A stretch of DNA of 63,275 nucleotides, the filler included, from Octopus bimaculoides (taxonomy: Eukaryota): NCBI RefSeq assembly GCF_001194135.2. It is 6 parts of 5 records of this genome, joined end to end, with 100 filler letters (N's around TTAATTAATTAA, not from the genome) between each part and the next. Parts side by side here need not be neighbours in the genome. Positions count along the whole stretch, not along the records: positions 1 to 20,598 come from NC_068996.1; 5 more parts are not named here. One strand, given 5' to 3'. The notes under the pieces are model-generated. The model was not told the DNA's origin. It did no database searches and worked only from the letters and a program-made list of their open reading frames with translations. Shown piece by piece: positions 1 to 11,435 of the stretch; position 1 is the stretch's first letter; every line of letters starts with the position of its first letter. Position numbers and translations under genes: made by a program.

Positions 1-44
<44 letters not shown>

Positions 45-60
45 GATGATGATGATGATG

Positions 61-131
<71 letters not shown>
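1..131. repeat. (TAA)n microsatellite with (GAT)n interruption
   Basis: Direct reading. It explains the poly-Ile ORF at 46..462. Confidence 0.95.
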
Positions 132-133
<2 letters not shown>

Positions 134-472
134 TTTATGATTTAGTTGTTAAAGATAATGAAGGATTGCTTAGTATAAAAGGTGGCCCGCAAATACCAAG
201 AAATATAGAAACTCACTTCATTAAGAATTATCCTAACACTGAACTCAGTTTGAAATTTCAAAGAGAGTTAAGACACATAATAGCGATATATATATATATA
301 TATACAGATTTGAAAGGAGTCACACAGCTTAAAATTATATATTTGATGAGGCGGCTCGGTATATTGAATACGAAAAAAACAAGGAATAGTAGTAGCTCTG
401 ATACTGATCATTTTCTATCAAAACTGAAAGAAAAAGTGAACTGTTTTAATGTCTTCAAATGAAAACGACTGT

Positions 473-792
473 CAGGCATGGCTGTGTGGTTAAGAAGCTC
501 ACTCTGCAACGTTGTAGCTTCAGGTTCAGTTTGACTGTGCGGAACCTTAAGCATGTGTCTTGTACTGTAGCCTCGGACCGACCACTGTCTTGTGAATAGA
601 TCTGGCACACAGAAACTGTGGACGCCCTTTGCTGTGTATGCGAGTACACACGCATGCACACATGTTTATCTGTGTGTGTCTTTGTGTTTGTCATTCCCTA
701 CCCAGTTGACAACTGGTATTGGTTTGTTTACATCTCTGTAAGTTATCGGTTTCCGTAGCTTCTCCCCGTAAATTATAGAATGAGTACCAGTC
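473..792 (+). mobile_element. tRNA-derived SINE family A, diverged and 3'-truncated
   Basis: GGCATGGCTGTGTGGTTAAG head, GGTTCAG box-B-like motif, and a body matching the family A copies at 40897 and 46325. Confidence 0.8.
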
Positions 793-805
793 ATACATAC
801 ATACA

Positions 806-837
<32 letters not shown>

Positions 838-2516
838 CACACACGCACACATGCATACACACAAGAGAGGTGTATACTCCGGCTGTGTTAGGTGTGCGCT
901 GCACACCCATCAAAAATGGCAAATTCATTATAAATATTAACTTTACTCATTAATTTAATCACAAATCATAATGGAAAACTTTTGCTTGAAATTTAGTGAC
1001 AGGTGTCCCAAAATAACTCTGCACACCTCACAGCGCATTGTATCATAATATGGTACCGAACGTATTGTAGGATAATGGGAGAATGGCAAAAAATTAATGA
1101 CGAAGGGTGTACGACAGTTTTGACAGCACTGTCGCATGTTCGTTTTCGTGGCGAGTTGTACGTCTAAATTAATTTAAAATTCCAAAACTAACACTAATTT
1201 GGTTTTACTATTTTTATTCTTACAATATCATCATATAACTTTGATCCTAATTTGTTTTCAAAGCTAATAATAAAGTGGTTCATTGTACGATGAGGTTATC
1301 GAACATTTTACGTCTCAAAGGAGAATAAAACTTAAATATAAGTAATTTAAGTAAGTAAAATTATATGCTTTCTTATTTTTCAATGCGTACGCATAAGAAA
1401 ATTATGACTTATTTTAGAATGCTTTCAGTTTATAGGGTATTATTAATTCAGCTTACTTTAGTGCCATATATCTGTGTCCCAACAAAGTTAAGTTTACATT
1501 ATTTACATTTTGGATCCCGCATTTTGAATAGGAATACACAGTTTGTATGACTAATTTGAGTAATACTAATGTTAGTTATAGTATGGTCAGTGTGGCAGCA
1601 CACTCAATGATAACAAACACCATACACCACTGACAAACAGACATGTTTATATATTTTACAAATAGAATTGCATTTTAAGAAAATTTTAGACCAGTTCAAA
1701 TAAGTGTAGAACATATTTCATCTGTAAAAAGTGACTTTTCTCGCAGCAGTTTACCGTAGAGAAGATTCTTACTTTAGGCAGGTGCTGAAACACCAACTCT
1801 CATTTCAGAGCGTCCCCTATGGACAGATGAATGTATTTGATGCTCCTTTGCGATCATCAGCAGCGATACCAAGCAGGACAACTCTGAAATGACATTGGAA
1901 GTCATAACTTTCTTACAAAAAAAAACAGTAGAGAATATCTAGCAACTACGTGCGACGGCCGCCAGGCCAGAACGAATTATGTAGTAGGCACACGAAGCAG
2001 TTTTGTGAAATAACCAAATTTCTAGACCAGTTCAAATACGTTTGGGGCATATTTGACCTGTGGAAACCCCCAAATCACTGCCTTTTGCCGTGAAGAAATA
2101 CCTCGCTTTAGGCAACAAGTGTTAAAAACCCAACAGTCATGTATTTTATTCAGTTGAAAATGTTCTTTATGTATTCACTTTAAAAGATGTCAGTTAGATA
2201 TATGTAATTACATAAATTGACCCAAGCATAGTTTTCTTGTAACTGACGCCACACGAATTAATGTAAGTGACTTGGTGAAATCGTTGTCTGGTTACACGAT
2301 ACGCACAGATTTAAAAGATTATTTACAGCATTTCCGATTTTTTTCCATCGTATCACTACGAACGGCAATTAATGGGTCCATGACATTCCGAGTAACATTG
2401 AAAATATTCTTAATCCTTGAAAATATTCGTAATTTCAGTCGTGATTGAAGGGCCGAGAGTTACTTGTCTTAACGCTTATCAAATTTTTAATACGTACTGA
2501 AGCACGAAATAATATT

Positions 2517-2712
2517 TTCTAGTTTTGGCACAAGACCAGCAATTTTGAGCGGAGGGCTAGTCAATTACATTGACTCTGTTGCTCAACTGGTACTTATTTT
2601 ATCGATGAGAGGCTAAATTGACCTGCATTTGAACTCAAAACATAAATACTTTAAAAAATACCTCTAAGTATTTGGTCCGGTGCACTAACGATTCCGTCAA
2701 CTGGCCGCCTTA
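2517..2712 (-). mobile_element. SINE family C, diverged
   Basis: Reverse complement gives an AAGGCGG head, GAGTTCAAA, a TCGATAAAATAAGTACCAG core and a CTTGTGCCAAAA tail, as at 55301. Confidence 0.7.
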
Positions 2713-2789
2713 GTATCTTGAAGTAATAATAAATAATATTATTATTAGTCTAATTTTCCAATATTGATTGTTTTCATTAACTCTCATTA

Positions 2790-3080
2790 AAACCATCTCA
2801 TTGTGAGACCCCGACATTCTGACATAAAATCACCCGCAGATACTTTCCAATCCCTGGTCCACAGACTTAATTTCTCCTTTTTCTGTCTTTTCCATCGCTA
2901 CTGTGAAAGCTTCTCTTAGGGCCTCTCTTACTCTGAGATGGCTAGTCTCGTATCTCACTCATTTCTGCATCTCTCTCCACCCCACCCTGGCCTCATACGA
3001 AGAGCCATGTTCAGTTTTTATTCACTAAAACATCAGGGCGCTGGAATCTCTTTCCCTGCTCATGTCTTTCGTACAGGTGT
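2790..3080 (-). mobile_element. Degenerate Penelope-like GIY-YIG endonuclease C-terminus
   Basis: Minus frame reads DMSRERDSSALMF**IKTEHGSSYEARVGWREMQK*VRYETSHLRVREALREAF...SVDQGLE. This resembles the SAL..H..W..R..REA..NRDxG pattern. Confidence 0.45.
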
Positions 3081-3227
3081 TGATTTGCAATAAGTTTAAA
3101 CGAAGCATTAGCAACATCAATATCACTGGTTTTGGAGGGACTGTAAAGGTCATGGCCACTGTCTCTTCATCCATACTCACTAAGTATTACATGCATGTGG
3201 TTTTGTGTGTGTATACATACAGAGTAT

Positions 3228-3608
3228 GTGGAGGCGCAATGGCCTAGTGGTTAAGGCAGCGGACTCGCGGTCATAGGATCGCGGTTTCGATTCCGAGACC
3301 GGGCGTTGTGAGTGTTTATTGAGCGAAAACACCTAAAGCTCAACGAGGCTCCGGCAGGGGATGGTGGTGAACCCTGCTGTACTCTTTCACCACAATTTCT
3401 CTCACTCTTACTTCCTGTTTCTGTTGTGCCTGTAATTCAAAGGGCCAGCCTTGTCACACTCTGTGTCACGCTGAATTATCCCCGAGAACTACGTTAAGGG
3501 TACACGTGTCTGTGGAGTGCTCAGCCACTTGCACGTTAATTTCACGAGCAGGCTGTTCCGTTCAGCTGGAACCCTCGACGTCGTAAGCGACAGAATGCCA
3601 ACACACAG
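3228..3608 (+). mobile_element. Full-length tRNA-derived SINE family B with 12-bp TSD
   Basis: Box A TGGCCTAGTGG, box B GTTTCGATTCC, CAACA tail. TSD CATACAGAGTAT at 3216-3227 and 3609-3620. Confidence 0.95.
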
Positions 3609-3745
3609 CATACAGAGTATACGGTATACAGTTATTTAATATGAATGAAATGTTCTTTTCATTTCTCTATTTCTTTTTTAGGATAAGAATTCTATGATTA
3701 TATTGTTTTTAACTAATTGTTTCTATAATTCCAGATATTTATTAG

Positions 3746-3896
3746 ATGGCTGGAAATTTGACCTACAATGACCAAAAGAGCATCATCAAACAGTACTGGA
3801 AAACAGAGAATGCAGAAATGGACTAAAGAATTTAAAAGATCAGCTCTGTAAAGATTAACAATTTACAGAATATATGACTAATTGGAGCAGGCTGGA
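3746..3896 (+). pseudogene. Tc1/mariner-superfamily transposase N-terminal HTH remnant (DUF4817-like)
   Basis: MAGNLTYNDQKSIIKQYWKTENAE...RLTIYRIYD*LEQAG resembles xQRKFILKxYWKTEN...PTRLTIxRIxDKFE. Confidence 0.6.
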
Positions 3897-4639
3897 GATC
3901 TTTTTTATTTATCTGCACCTATGAAAATTTTAAAATTTGGTGTATTGATGTAATTTTCCACGCTGAATCTCAGGGTCTAATTCGTTTTTTCAAAAAAAAA
4001 CAAAAAACAAAAAACAAAAAACAAAAACTTACACACGATTAAAGTTTGATAATTTTTACCCATTCAGAAAAGAGGAGTTGGAAGTTCTCATTTTGTACGT
4101 GTTGTCAACATTCCGAAAATAGCACGTGTTCTAATATCAAACAAGTGAAATACTGGCGGAATTCAGCTTTACGTACGACATATAACCCCCATAACTTTCA
4201 TTCTTTGGAATTTCCAGAAAATTTTTGCAAATTTGTATTCTTCACGTGAGAATTCATACGATTATGCAAAAACCAAAAAGAAAAAGAAAAACTTTTTGTG
4301 CGTGATTTAAGGCCTATTTAGTTGCTATCTTTAGCACATCTCACGACAACCTTAGACGTAATGTGTTTTAAGCATTTAATAAGCGAAAAATTATTTTTAA
4401 AAAACCAGTAAACAACACATGTTATGTAGTTTAAGCATTCATGTGCATTTAATGCGATAAACAGTACATTACAAATGGAATATTTTTCAAAATAATAAAC
4501 TTATAGCACAAACTTAAAAGATTTATCAAAAAACAAAATAGCACATTACAAATGAAATATTTATCAAAGTATCAAGCTTAAAATATTTATATATCTCCTA
4601 AGGAAATTTAACTAGATCTCATAATGCAGGGAAACGGTT

Positions 4640-6294
4640 GCATAATCAAGTACCTGCCCGCCTGGAGAACCACGTTGCGTGGAAACAATTGTAGAGATTG
4701 AAAATAAATGCCCAACCGTACTCCTTGTTGATTCCAGATTTTTTCAATGTCTTAGACACTACATTAGACATTAATTCAGGATTATACCACCCCTGTAGGA
4801 AACCAGGTGAAGTTACGAGGTATCTGAACAAATTATCAAATCACCCCACTGATGTGTTAAAATCAGTGGTTAAAAGTATTTCTAAGAGAATTATGTAATT
4901 ATTAGCGAAAAAGGACATTTTCAATACCCATTCCCACCACTACAACTTTGCTTTACGACAAGGAAATTACTTTTCTTAGTCCTGAAAGTATAGCACCTAA
5001 TTATAGTGAAAGTAATGAGATTTTAAGTGATAGCGGGATTACAAACTTACTTGGTCGTGAAAACACACCAACAAGAAAAGCATCCACCAAGCACATCAAC
5101 TTAAATTTTAAAAAAATAAGCAACAATAGAAAATTAGATGCTATAACAAGTAAGTATTTTTGTTTAGATAATAAGAGTGGTGAAGGGAATGGACAGGTTG
5201 CTCTACCCTATAAGGACAAGGAAAATACTGGTAATAGAAACATACGTAATAATCAAGCCACGATTTTGAAAGGCGTTGAGAGAACAGGTAGATTCCCCCC
5301 TTACATGCGCCGAAAGTCTGACAATAAGGACTTGATCTGGTATAACGTTCCCTTCAACTGTGCCATATCCATAAACATACATAGGAAATTTATGACAATT
5401 TTAGAAAAAAACTTCCCTGCTTCCCATAGATATAACAGAATTTTTTCCCGTAAGACAGTTAGAATCTCATACTCTACTCTCCTCAATATGGGTACCATCA
5501 TAGCAAGGTTAAATAGAAAGAATATTAAATTAGCAAGAGGTAGGAATAATAATAATGTTAATGACAACACAAACTTAAACCCCTACAATGTGAATAATAA
5601 TATTAATGGTGACGTAGAAAATAGAAACAGCGGCACTAATGCTTCTAATATATATAGTATAGACTGTAGTTCTGAGGTTTATACTAGCACAGGGACTACT
5701 GATACACCTGATGATGCTGGGATGAATGTCAATGATACAACAATTGAAGGATGGAGAGATAATACCAGATGTAAAAATAACACAATAGTAGAAGTAGGAT
5801 TAATATTAATAGTAATATTAACAATAATAATGGTATGAATATCAATAACATTAATAGCAGTAATTCTCCTAGTTGCAATTGTAGGGTTAAATCCCACTGT
5901 CCGTTATTTAGCCGATGTGTAACCCAAAACGTAATCTACAAGTGTACAATCACAACTGTAGCTGGTAACTTTGTATATATAGGATGTTCAATAAATATGA
6001 AAAAAACGTATTAATAGTCATTTTTCATCTTTTAGGCTGAAATATAAGGCCAATTGTACGTCCTTATCTAGTAAGATTTGGGAACTGAAGGAAAGCGGAA
6101 TCGAATTAAGCCTTAAATGGTATACTATAAGGAAAGCGCAGCCTTACAGAGATAGTCGATACTAGTGCGAGCTGTGCTCTATGGAAACTTATGAAATTTT
6201 TAAGTATAGGGACAACCTGGTTAATAATAGATTAGGCCTAAGGGTATCATGTGTACATAGGGTCACCCGTACATTTAAATATTTTCGAAATTAG
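4640..6294 (+). mobile_element. 5'-truncated Penelope-like retroelement (RT C-terminus, Asn-rich linker, GIY-YIG endonuclease), pseudogenised
   Basis: FFNVLDTTLDINSGLYHPCRKP..YLNKLSNHP; LIWYNVPF...FSRKTVRISYS; CNCRVKSHCPLFSRC (5874); VIYKC..YIGCS; TSLSSKIWELK..W..AQPY..CELC..LVNNRL..SCVHR, stop 6292-6294. Frameshifts near 4900, 5790 and 6000-6006, plus one in-frame TAG. Confidence 0.92.
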
Positions 6295-6705
6295 CGTTTA
6301 TAGGTGCTACACTTGAACCTGGATAAGGGAAATTAATTTTAGTGTCATATATAATGTGAACTTACCCCTAGTGTTATATATAAATTATATATATTTTCTT
6401 ATTATTCTCTATAAGTTCTTATTATTCTGTTTTCTTATTTTTAGGAAATGAAAAAATGTATGATGAATACTTTTCGATTTATTAAACAAGCATTCTACAT
6501 TACTTGGACTTTCTTACAAGAAATTGTCAGACAAGGTCAGTGATTTTATTTGGTATAAATCAAGTTGAGTATGTTTATTTCTTAGCATTTGAACTGTTAC
6601 AGGTATTTTCGCAATTTACCCAGTACAACCCTTAAACAAGTAAATAGTATTTTCCTAAACAATAGATCCACTTATTTTGGTTAGTGACTAATTTNNNNNN
6701 NNNNA

Positions 6706-7625
6706 CAATAGATCCACTTATTTTGGTTAGTGACTAATTTACGAATATACCATGAATGACGATGCCTTTCATGTCACTTCAGCCAATTGACAGGCACTGC
6801 ATGAAGAACTGTTCTGCTTTTAGACAAATACACTGTCATCATAAAGGCCAAACCCTGTTTACATGTAGGGACACCTTAATTTATATTGATGTGTTAATGT
6901 TTTGTAACGATGTACTTTATGTAACAACCAACCACACAAGCAGACAGAAATCGCCATTTATCTATCAATAACATTGCAATCTGCACTGTATTCATACAGT
7001 TCACGTGCTGTTTACATGTAGGGACATTTTCTTAATTCATATTGATAGTTGTGTTCTTAACATGTACCCTTAACTTTTCTTTAACATCCAAGGGGAAATA
7101 ACCCATTTAAAATCCCTTATTTTTCTTTTCCACCCACTGGTCATCTGCACTATCATAAAGGTCACACGCTGTTTACATGTAGGAACACTTTCTTAAAAAA
7201 AGATCAAATCTGAGTTCTCCACCTGTGTGCGTACGAAAACTGCGGCAAAAGCGTTCAACAATAGATCCACTTATTTTGGTTAGTGACTTATTCACGAATA
7301 TACCATGAATGGCGATGCCTTTCATGTCACTTCAGCCGATTGACAGGCGCTGCATGAAGGACTGTTCTGCTTTTAGTCAAATACACTCTCCTCACAAATA
7401 TCACATCCTGTTTACATGTAGGAACACCTTCTTAATTTATATTGATAGATGTGTTAATGTTTGTAACGATGTTACTCTATGTAACAACCAACCACACAAA
7501 CAGACAGAAATCGCCATTTACCTATCAATAACATTGCAATCTGCACTGTATTCATACAGTTCACATGCTGTTTACATGTAGGAACATTTTCTTAATTTAA
7601 ATTGATAGCTGTGTTGATGTTTTCG
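6706..7625. repeat. Higher-order tandem duplication (~552-bp unit) built from ~155-bp monomers
   Basis: 6706-7075 is similar to 7258-7625. TGTTTACATGTAGG recurs at 6856, 7009, 7170, 7409 and 7569. Confidence 0.85.
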
Positions 7626-7774
7626 TAAGTGTTGTAAATGTATTGATAATCTACATGTTATTTTATTTTAAAGTCTATTTGCAAATTTATTTGTATGTCT
7701 ATTGTAAAACTAAATGTCAGTCTGTTTATACATTCATTGTAAATCTATTTCAACACTAACGCCTCTGAAGGTAA

Positions 7775-8125
7775 TATTCTCTGGAAACGCACAAAAGCCC
7801 TTTTCAGAGTTATTGACTTTGAATTATTATTATCTCATATCTGATTAGCCTGTTATTACGTAACATGCTTCACGATTTTGGTATACATACCTTATTAATA
7901 TTTCCTCATAGGTTCTATATACTTTGGGAACGCATTAAAGCCCTTTTCGAGGCTACTTTATTTGAATTCTTACAATCGGGTAACTAATTTCATGTTTATA
8001 CGTAAATGACTTCACATTTTGGGTATTCATAACTTATTGAGAATTCCTAAAAACAAGATCCTGTGTAAGACAGTTCGGTATTCTCTGTAAACGCACAAAA
8101 GCCGTTTTAAGGGCTATATACTTTG
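7775..8125. repeat. Three diverged ~150-bp tandem units
   Basis: CTCTGGAAACGCACAAAAGCCC-like motif at about 7779, 7922 and 8083. Confidence 0.7.
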
Positions 8126-8159
8126 TATTGTTGTTATTGCATTAGCGAAACAATTATGG

Positions 8160-8216
8160 GAACGGAACCAAGGGATAAGCCCCGCTTTTCTGGGAATTAC
8201 CGGGTACGTCAGCTAG
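8160..8216 (+). mobile_element. Possible Helitron 3' terminus
   Basis: GC-rich CCCG...CGGG segment, then GTACGTCAGCTAG (CTAG at 8213-8216) followed by T. No 5' TC end located. Confidence 0.4.
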
Positions 8217-8217
8217 T

Positions 8218-8220
8218 ATA

Positions 8221-8307
<87 letters not shown>

Positions 8308-8378
8308 GTGTGAGTATGTGTGTATGTATGTATGTATGTATGTATGTATGTATGTATGTATGTATATGTATATGTATA
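8218..8378. repeat. (TG)n/(TATG)n microsatellite
   Basis: Direct reading. Confidence 0.95.
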
Positions 8379-8687
8379 CACCCCACACACACACGCACAC
8401 ACGTGCATATACGCACTCATTTATAATCCAAGAGTGCCTCTGAAAACGGAAAAATATTTTATGCATGGATGTTTTGTTTATACGTATGGAAGCATGAGAA
8501 AATAGATATAGATAAGCGAAATGAATAATTATATGAATGATATCGTATTATGGGAATGATATCTTATTACTTGCCACAGGAATCAGTCAGTTGTAGTTGA
8601 GATATATGATATTCAGGACAACCTTAATGTAGGTTCGTTCAAACTATTTATACGCTATGTCTTCAGAATTCCACCAGCAAAGTGAAT

Positions 8688-8942
8688 ATTGTTGTTGTTA
8701 TCGTTGTTATTGTTGTTGTTGTGTTGGTAGTGGTGGTAGTGGTGGTGCTGATGCCGGTAGTGGTAGTGGTGGGAGGAATGGTAGAGGTGGTATGAGGTGG
8801 AGTGCTGATGCTGTTGAAGTGTGCTAGTGCTGGTGAGGAGGGTAATGGTGTTGTTTTTGTTAATGTTGAAGTGGTAGAAGTGGTCCTAAGGGTAGACTGA
8901 GCGGGAGCCTATTATTGGCGCTGTTGTTGTTGGTGGTGGTGG

Positions 8943-8973
<31 letters not shown>

Positions 8974-9020
8974 GGGAATTGTGGTAATAGGAATTTTTGT
9001 GGCGATGTTGTTTCCGTTGT
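8688..9020. repeat. GGT/GTT/GAT low-complexity tract
   Basis: Direct reading. Confidence 0.85.
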
Positions 9021-9098
9021 TGCTTCGCTCCAAGTCAAGCTGATTGAAAAAATCTCTCATCAAATACACTCCGGCCGTGACTGACCCGTTTATTTTAG

Positions 9099-9129
<31 letters not shown>

Positions 9130-9159
9130 ATGTTTCTACTGTTTTGTCCAATAACTTCC

Positions 9160-9238
9160 TCTCCACTTCGACCCCGAAAGGATGAAAGGCAAAGTCGACC
9201 TCGGCGGAATTTGAACTCAGAACGTAACGGTAGACGAA
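9160..9238 (-). mobile_element. SINE family C fragment running into a gap
   Basis: TCGACCCCGAAAGGATGAAAGGCAAAGTCGACCTCGGCGGAATTTGAACTCAG. Confidence 0.85.
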
Positions 9239-9789
9239 NNNNNNNNNNNNNNNNNNNNNNNNNNNNNNNNNNNNNNNNNNNNNNNNNNNNNNNNNNNNNN
9301 NNNNNNNNNNNNNNNNNNNNNNNNNNNNNNNNNNNNNNNNNNNNNNNNNNNNNNNNNNNNNNNNNNNNNNNNNNNNNNNNNNNNNNNNNNNNNNNNNNNN
9401 NNNNNNNNNNNNNNNNNNNNNNNNNNNNNNNNNNNNNNNNNNNNNNNNNNNNNNNNNNNNNNNNNNNNNNNNNNNNNNNNNNNNNNNNNNNNNNNNNNNN
9501 NNNNNNNNNNNNNNNNNNNNNNNNNNNNNNNNNNNNNNNNNNNNNNNNNNNNNNNNNNNNNNNNNNNNNNNNNNNNNNNNNNNNNNNNNNNNNNNNNNNN
9601 NNNNNNNNNNNNNNNNNNNNNNNNNNNNNNNNNNNNNNNNNNNNNNNNNNNNNNNNNNNNNNNNNNNNNNNNNNNNNNNNNNNNNNNNNNNNNNNNNNNN
9701 NNNNNNNNNNNNNNNNNNNNNNNNNNNNNNNNNNNNNNNNNNNNNNNNNNNNNNNNNNNNCTTTCTCCCTTTTTATTTCTACTAGTTAT

Positions 9790-10650
9790 AGATTGGATTA
9801 TGAAGGAAACTACGATTGAAAGCCAAACAGGCATTGAATGGACGGATGCAGAAGCTCTAGAAGATCTCGACTTTGCAGATGATATAGCGCTACTTTCACA
9901 AACATATAGCCAAATGCAAAATAAAATGTCAAAATTAGAAGCAATAACTGCCAAACTAGGATTGAAAGTCAACCGCAACAAATCAAAAATTATGCGCGTT
10001 AATGAAGAAAACAGCGAACGTATTAAACTAGAAACCGGTGAACTAGAGGATGTAGCCGAGTTTATGTATTTAGGTAATAAGGTAACGTTCTCAGGCGGCA
10101 CCGACGAAGATATTAAGACGAGAATAAGTAAGGCAAGGACTGCTTTTCACCTGTTAAAAAAAGTATGGAGCGCAAGTGTAATTTCAATAAAGAACAAAAT
10201 AAGAATGTTTAATACTAACGTAAAAGCGGTGTTATTGTATGGGGCTGAGACATAGCGAACAACAGCTAAGTCAAATAAGCAAATATAATCATTCATCAAC
10301 AGGTACTTGCGTAGTATACTTAAAATCAGATGGCCCGAACACATAAGCAATATGGAGCTATGGCAAAGAACGAATCAAGTTTCGATTAGGGAGCAAATAT
10401 CTAAGAAAAAGTGGATTGGTACCGCAATTAGAAAGGACACACTAAATGTAGCGAAAAATGATTTACAGTGGAATCCGGATGGATATAGAAAGAGGGGTAG
10501 GCCTAAGAACTCGTGGCATAGATCAACACAAAAGGAACAAGAGAAAGGGGGACATTCATGGCAGAGTATAAAGTACAGAAGCGAAAAGTTATGCGACATG
10601 GAATTCAATTATAAGTGGCCTATACTCCGCGTTGGAGGGTTAAAAGCAAG
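9790..10650 (+). mobile_element. RTE-clade LINE, RT C-terminal half, pseudogenised
   Basis: LEDLDFADDIALL, FMYLG, RISKARTAF..LKKVW, VLLYGAET*(W to TAG at 10253), LRSILKIRWPEHISN, WNPDGYRKRGRPKNSW. Confidence 0.93.
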
Positions 10651-10919
10651 AATTATATATATTATTATAAAATGATTGGTAAGGTAGACTCAATGAACAA
10701 CGCGTCTCTTCGTTACATCTGTAGCGTTGTTACTAATTATTTCTTCTGATGTTTAGGCTTGTCTCTTTGTGTTCTCAGTTTGAATCTCACCGAAACAAAT
10801 TTTGCCTTTCATTACTATGGATTCAGTAAAATAAATACCTGTGAAATAATGACCTTGTTTTAATCCACTACTCCACACACTCACACACAAACACATACAC
10901 ATACACACACATATAACTC

Positions 10920-11085
10920 AGTAAGTTGGTCGATTGCTAAAGCCATTGACACAACACAAGAATGCTTTTGCCGTATTCGTTCCAACACTCTGCTCTCTAA
11001 GTTCAAATCCCACCGACTTCAACTTGGCCATTCATCTTTTTGGGGTCGATAAATAAAGTGTTAATGAAATATTGGTGTCGATTCT
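10920..11085 (+). mobile_element. SINE family C, old copy
   Basis: AAGTTCAAATCCC box B and CATTCATCTTTTTGGGGTCGATAAATAAAG core. Confidence 0.65.
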
Positions 11086-11128
11086 TCTCTCTCAGTCTTT
11101 CTATCTTTCAAAATCTCCCTACCCTTCT

Positions 11129-11151
11129 CTTTCAAAGTCTCTCTCTCTCCT

Positions 11152-11208
<57 letters not shown>

Positions 11209-11238
11209 CTTCTCTCTCCTTCTCTTTCGCTCTTTCTC
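11129..11238. repeat. (CT)n microsatellite
   Basis: Direct reading. Confidence 0.95.
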
Positions 11239-11435
11239 CCTTTCTGTGATATAAACGTTGCACTCACATGTATGGATGTAAAAGCTGCTTTTTAATCCCT
11301 TCAGGATTATGATGAGCTCAATACTGTATTTCTCAACAAGGAGGACTGGCATCCCAGCAAGGGGTACTGGCATCCCTTTCCCCTGCATCATATTTTTAGC
11401 ACCCTGCTAAAACTTAATGTATGGGTTGCTGGAGA

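Noticed and set aside
1001-1170. Open frame TYCRIMGEWQKINDEGC, faintly like a USP His-box
   Set aside because: Key residues are not matched and there is no clear donor site. Too short to support.
3228-3300. tRNA-like sequences (also 57584, 58076, about 34205 and 21100)
   Set aside because: They continue into SINE bodies or lack a closing acceptor stem, so they are not tRNA genes.
5702-5720. ACACCTGATGATGCTGG inside the Penelope linker resembles the 49317 hammerhead start
   Set aside because: No GAAA or stems follow. Probably chance.
6455-6505. ATGATGA...TAAAC downstream of the Penelope ORF, where a hammerhead is expected
   Set aside because: Both C3 and G12 are mutated and the stems are weak.
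6660-6741. Exact 36-bp repeat on both sides of a 10-N gap
   Set aside because: Typical unmerged contig overlap, not biology.
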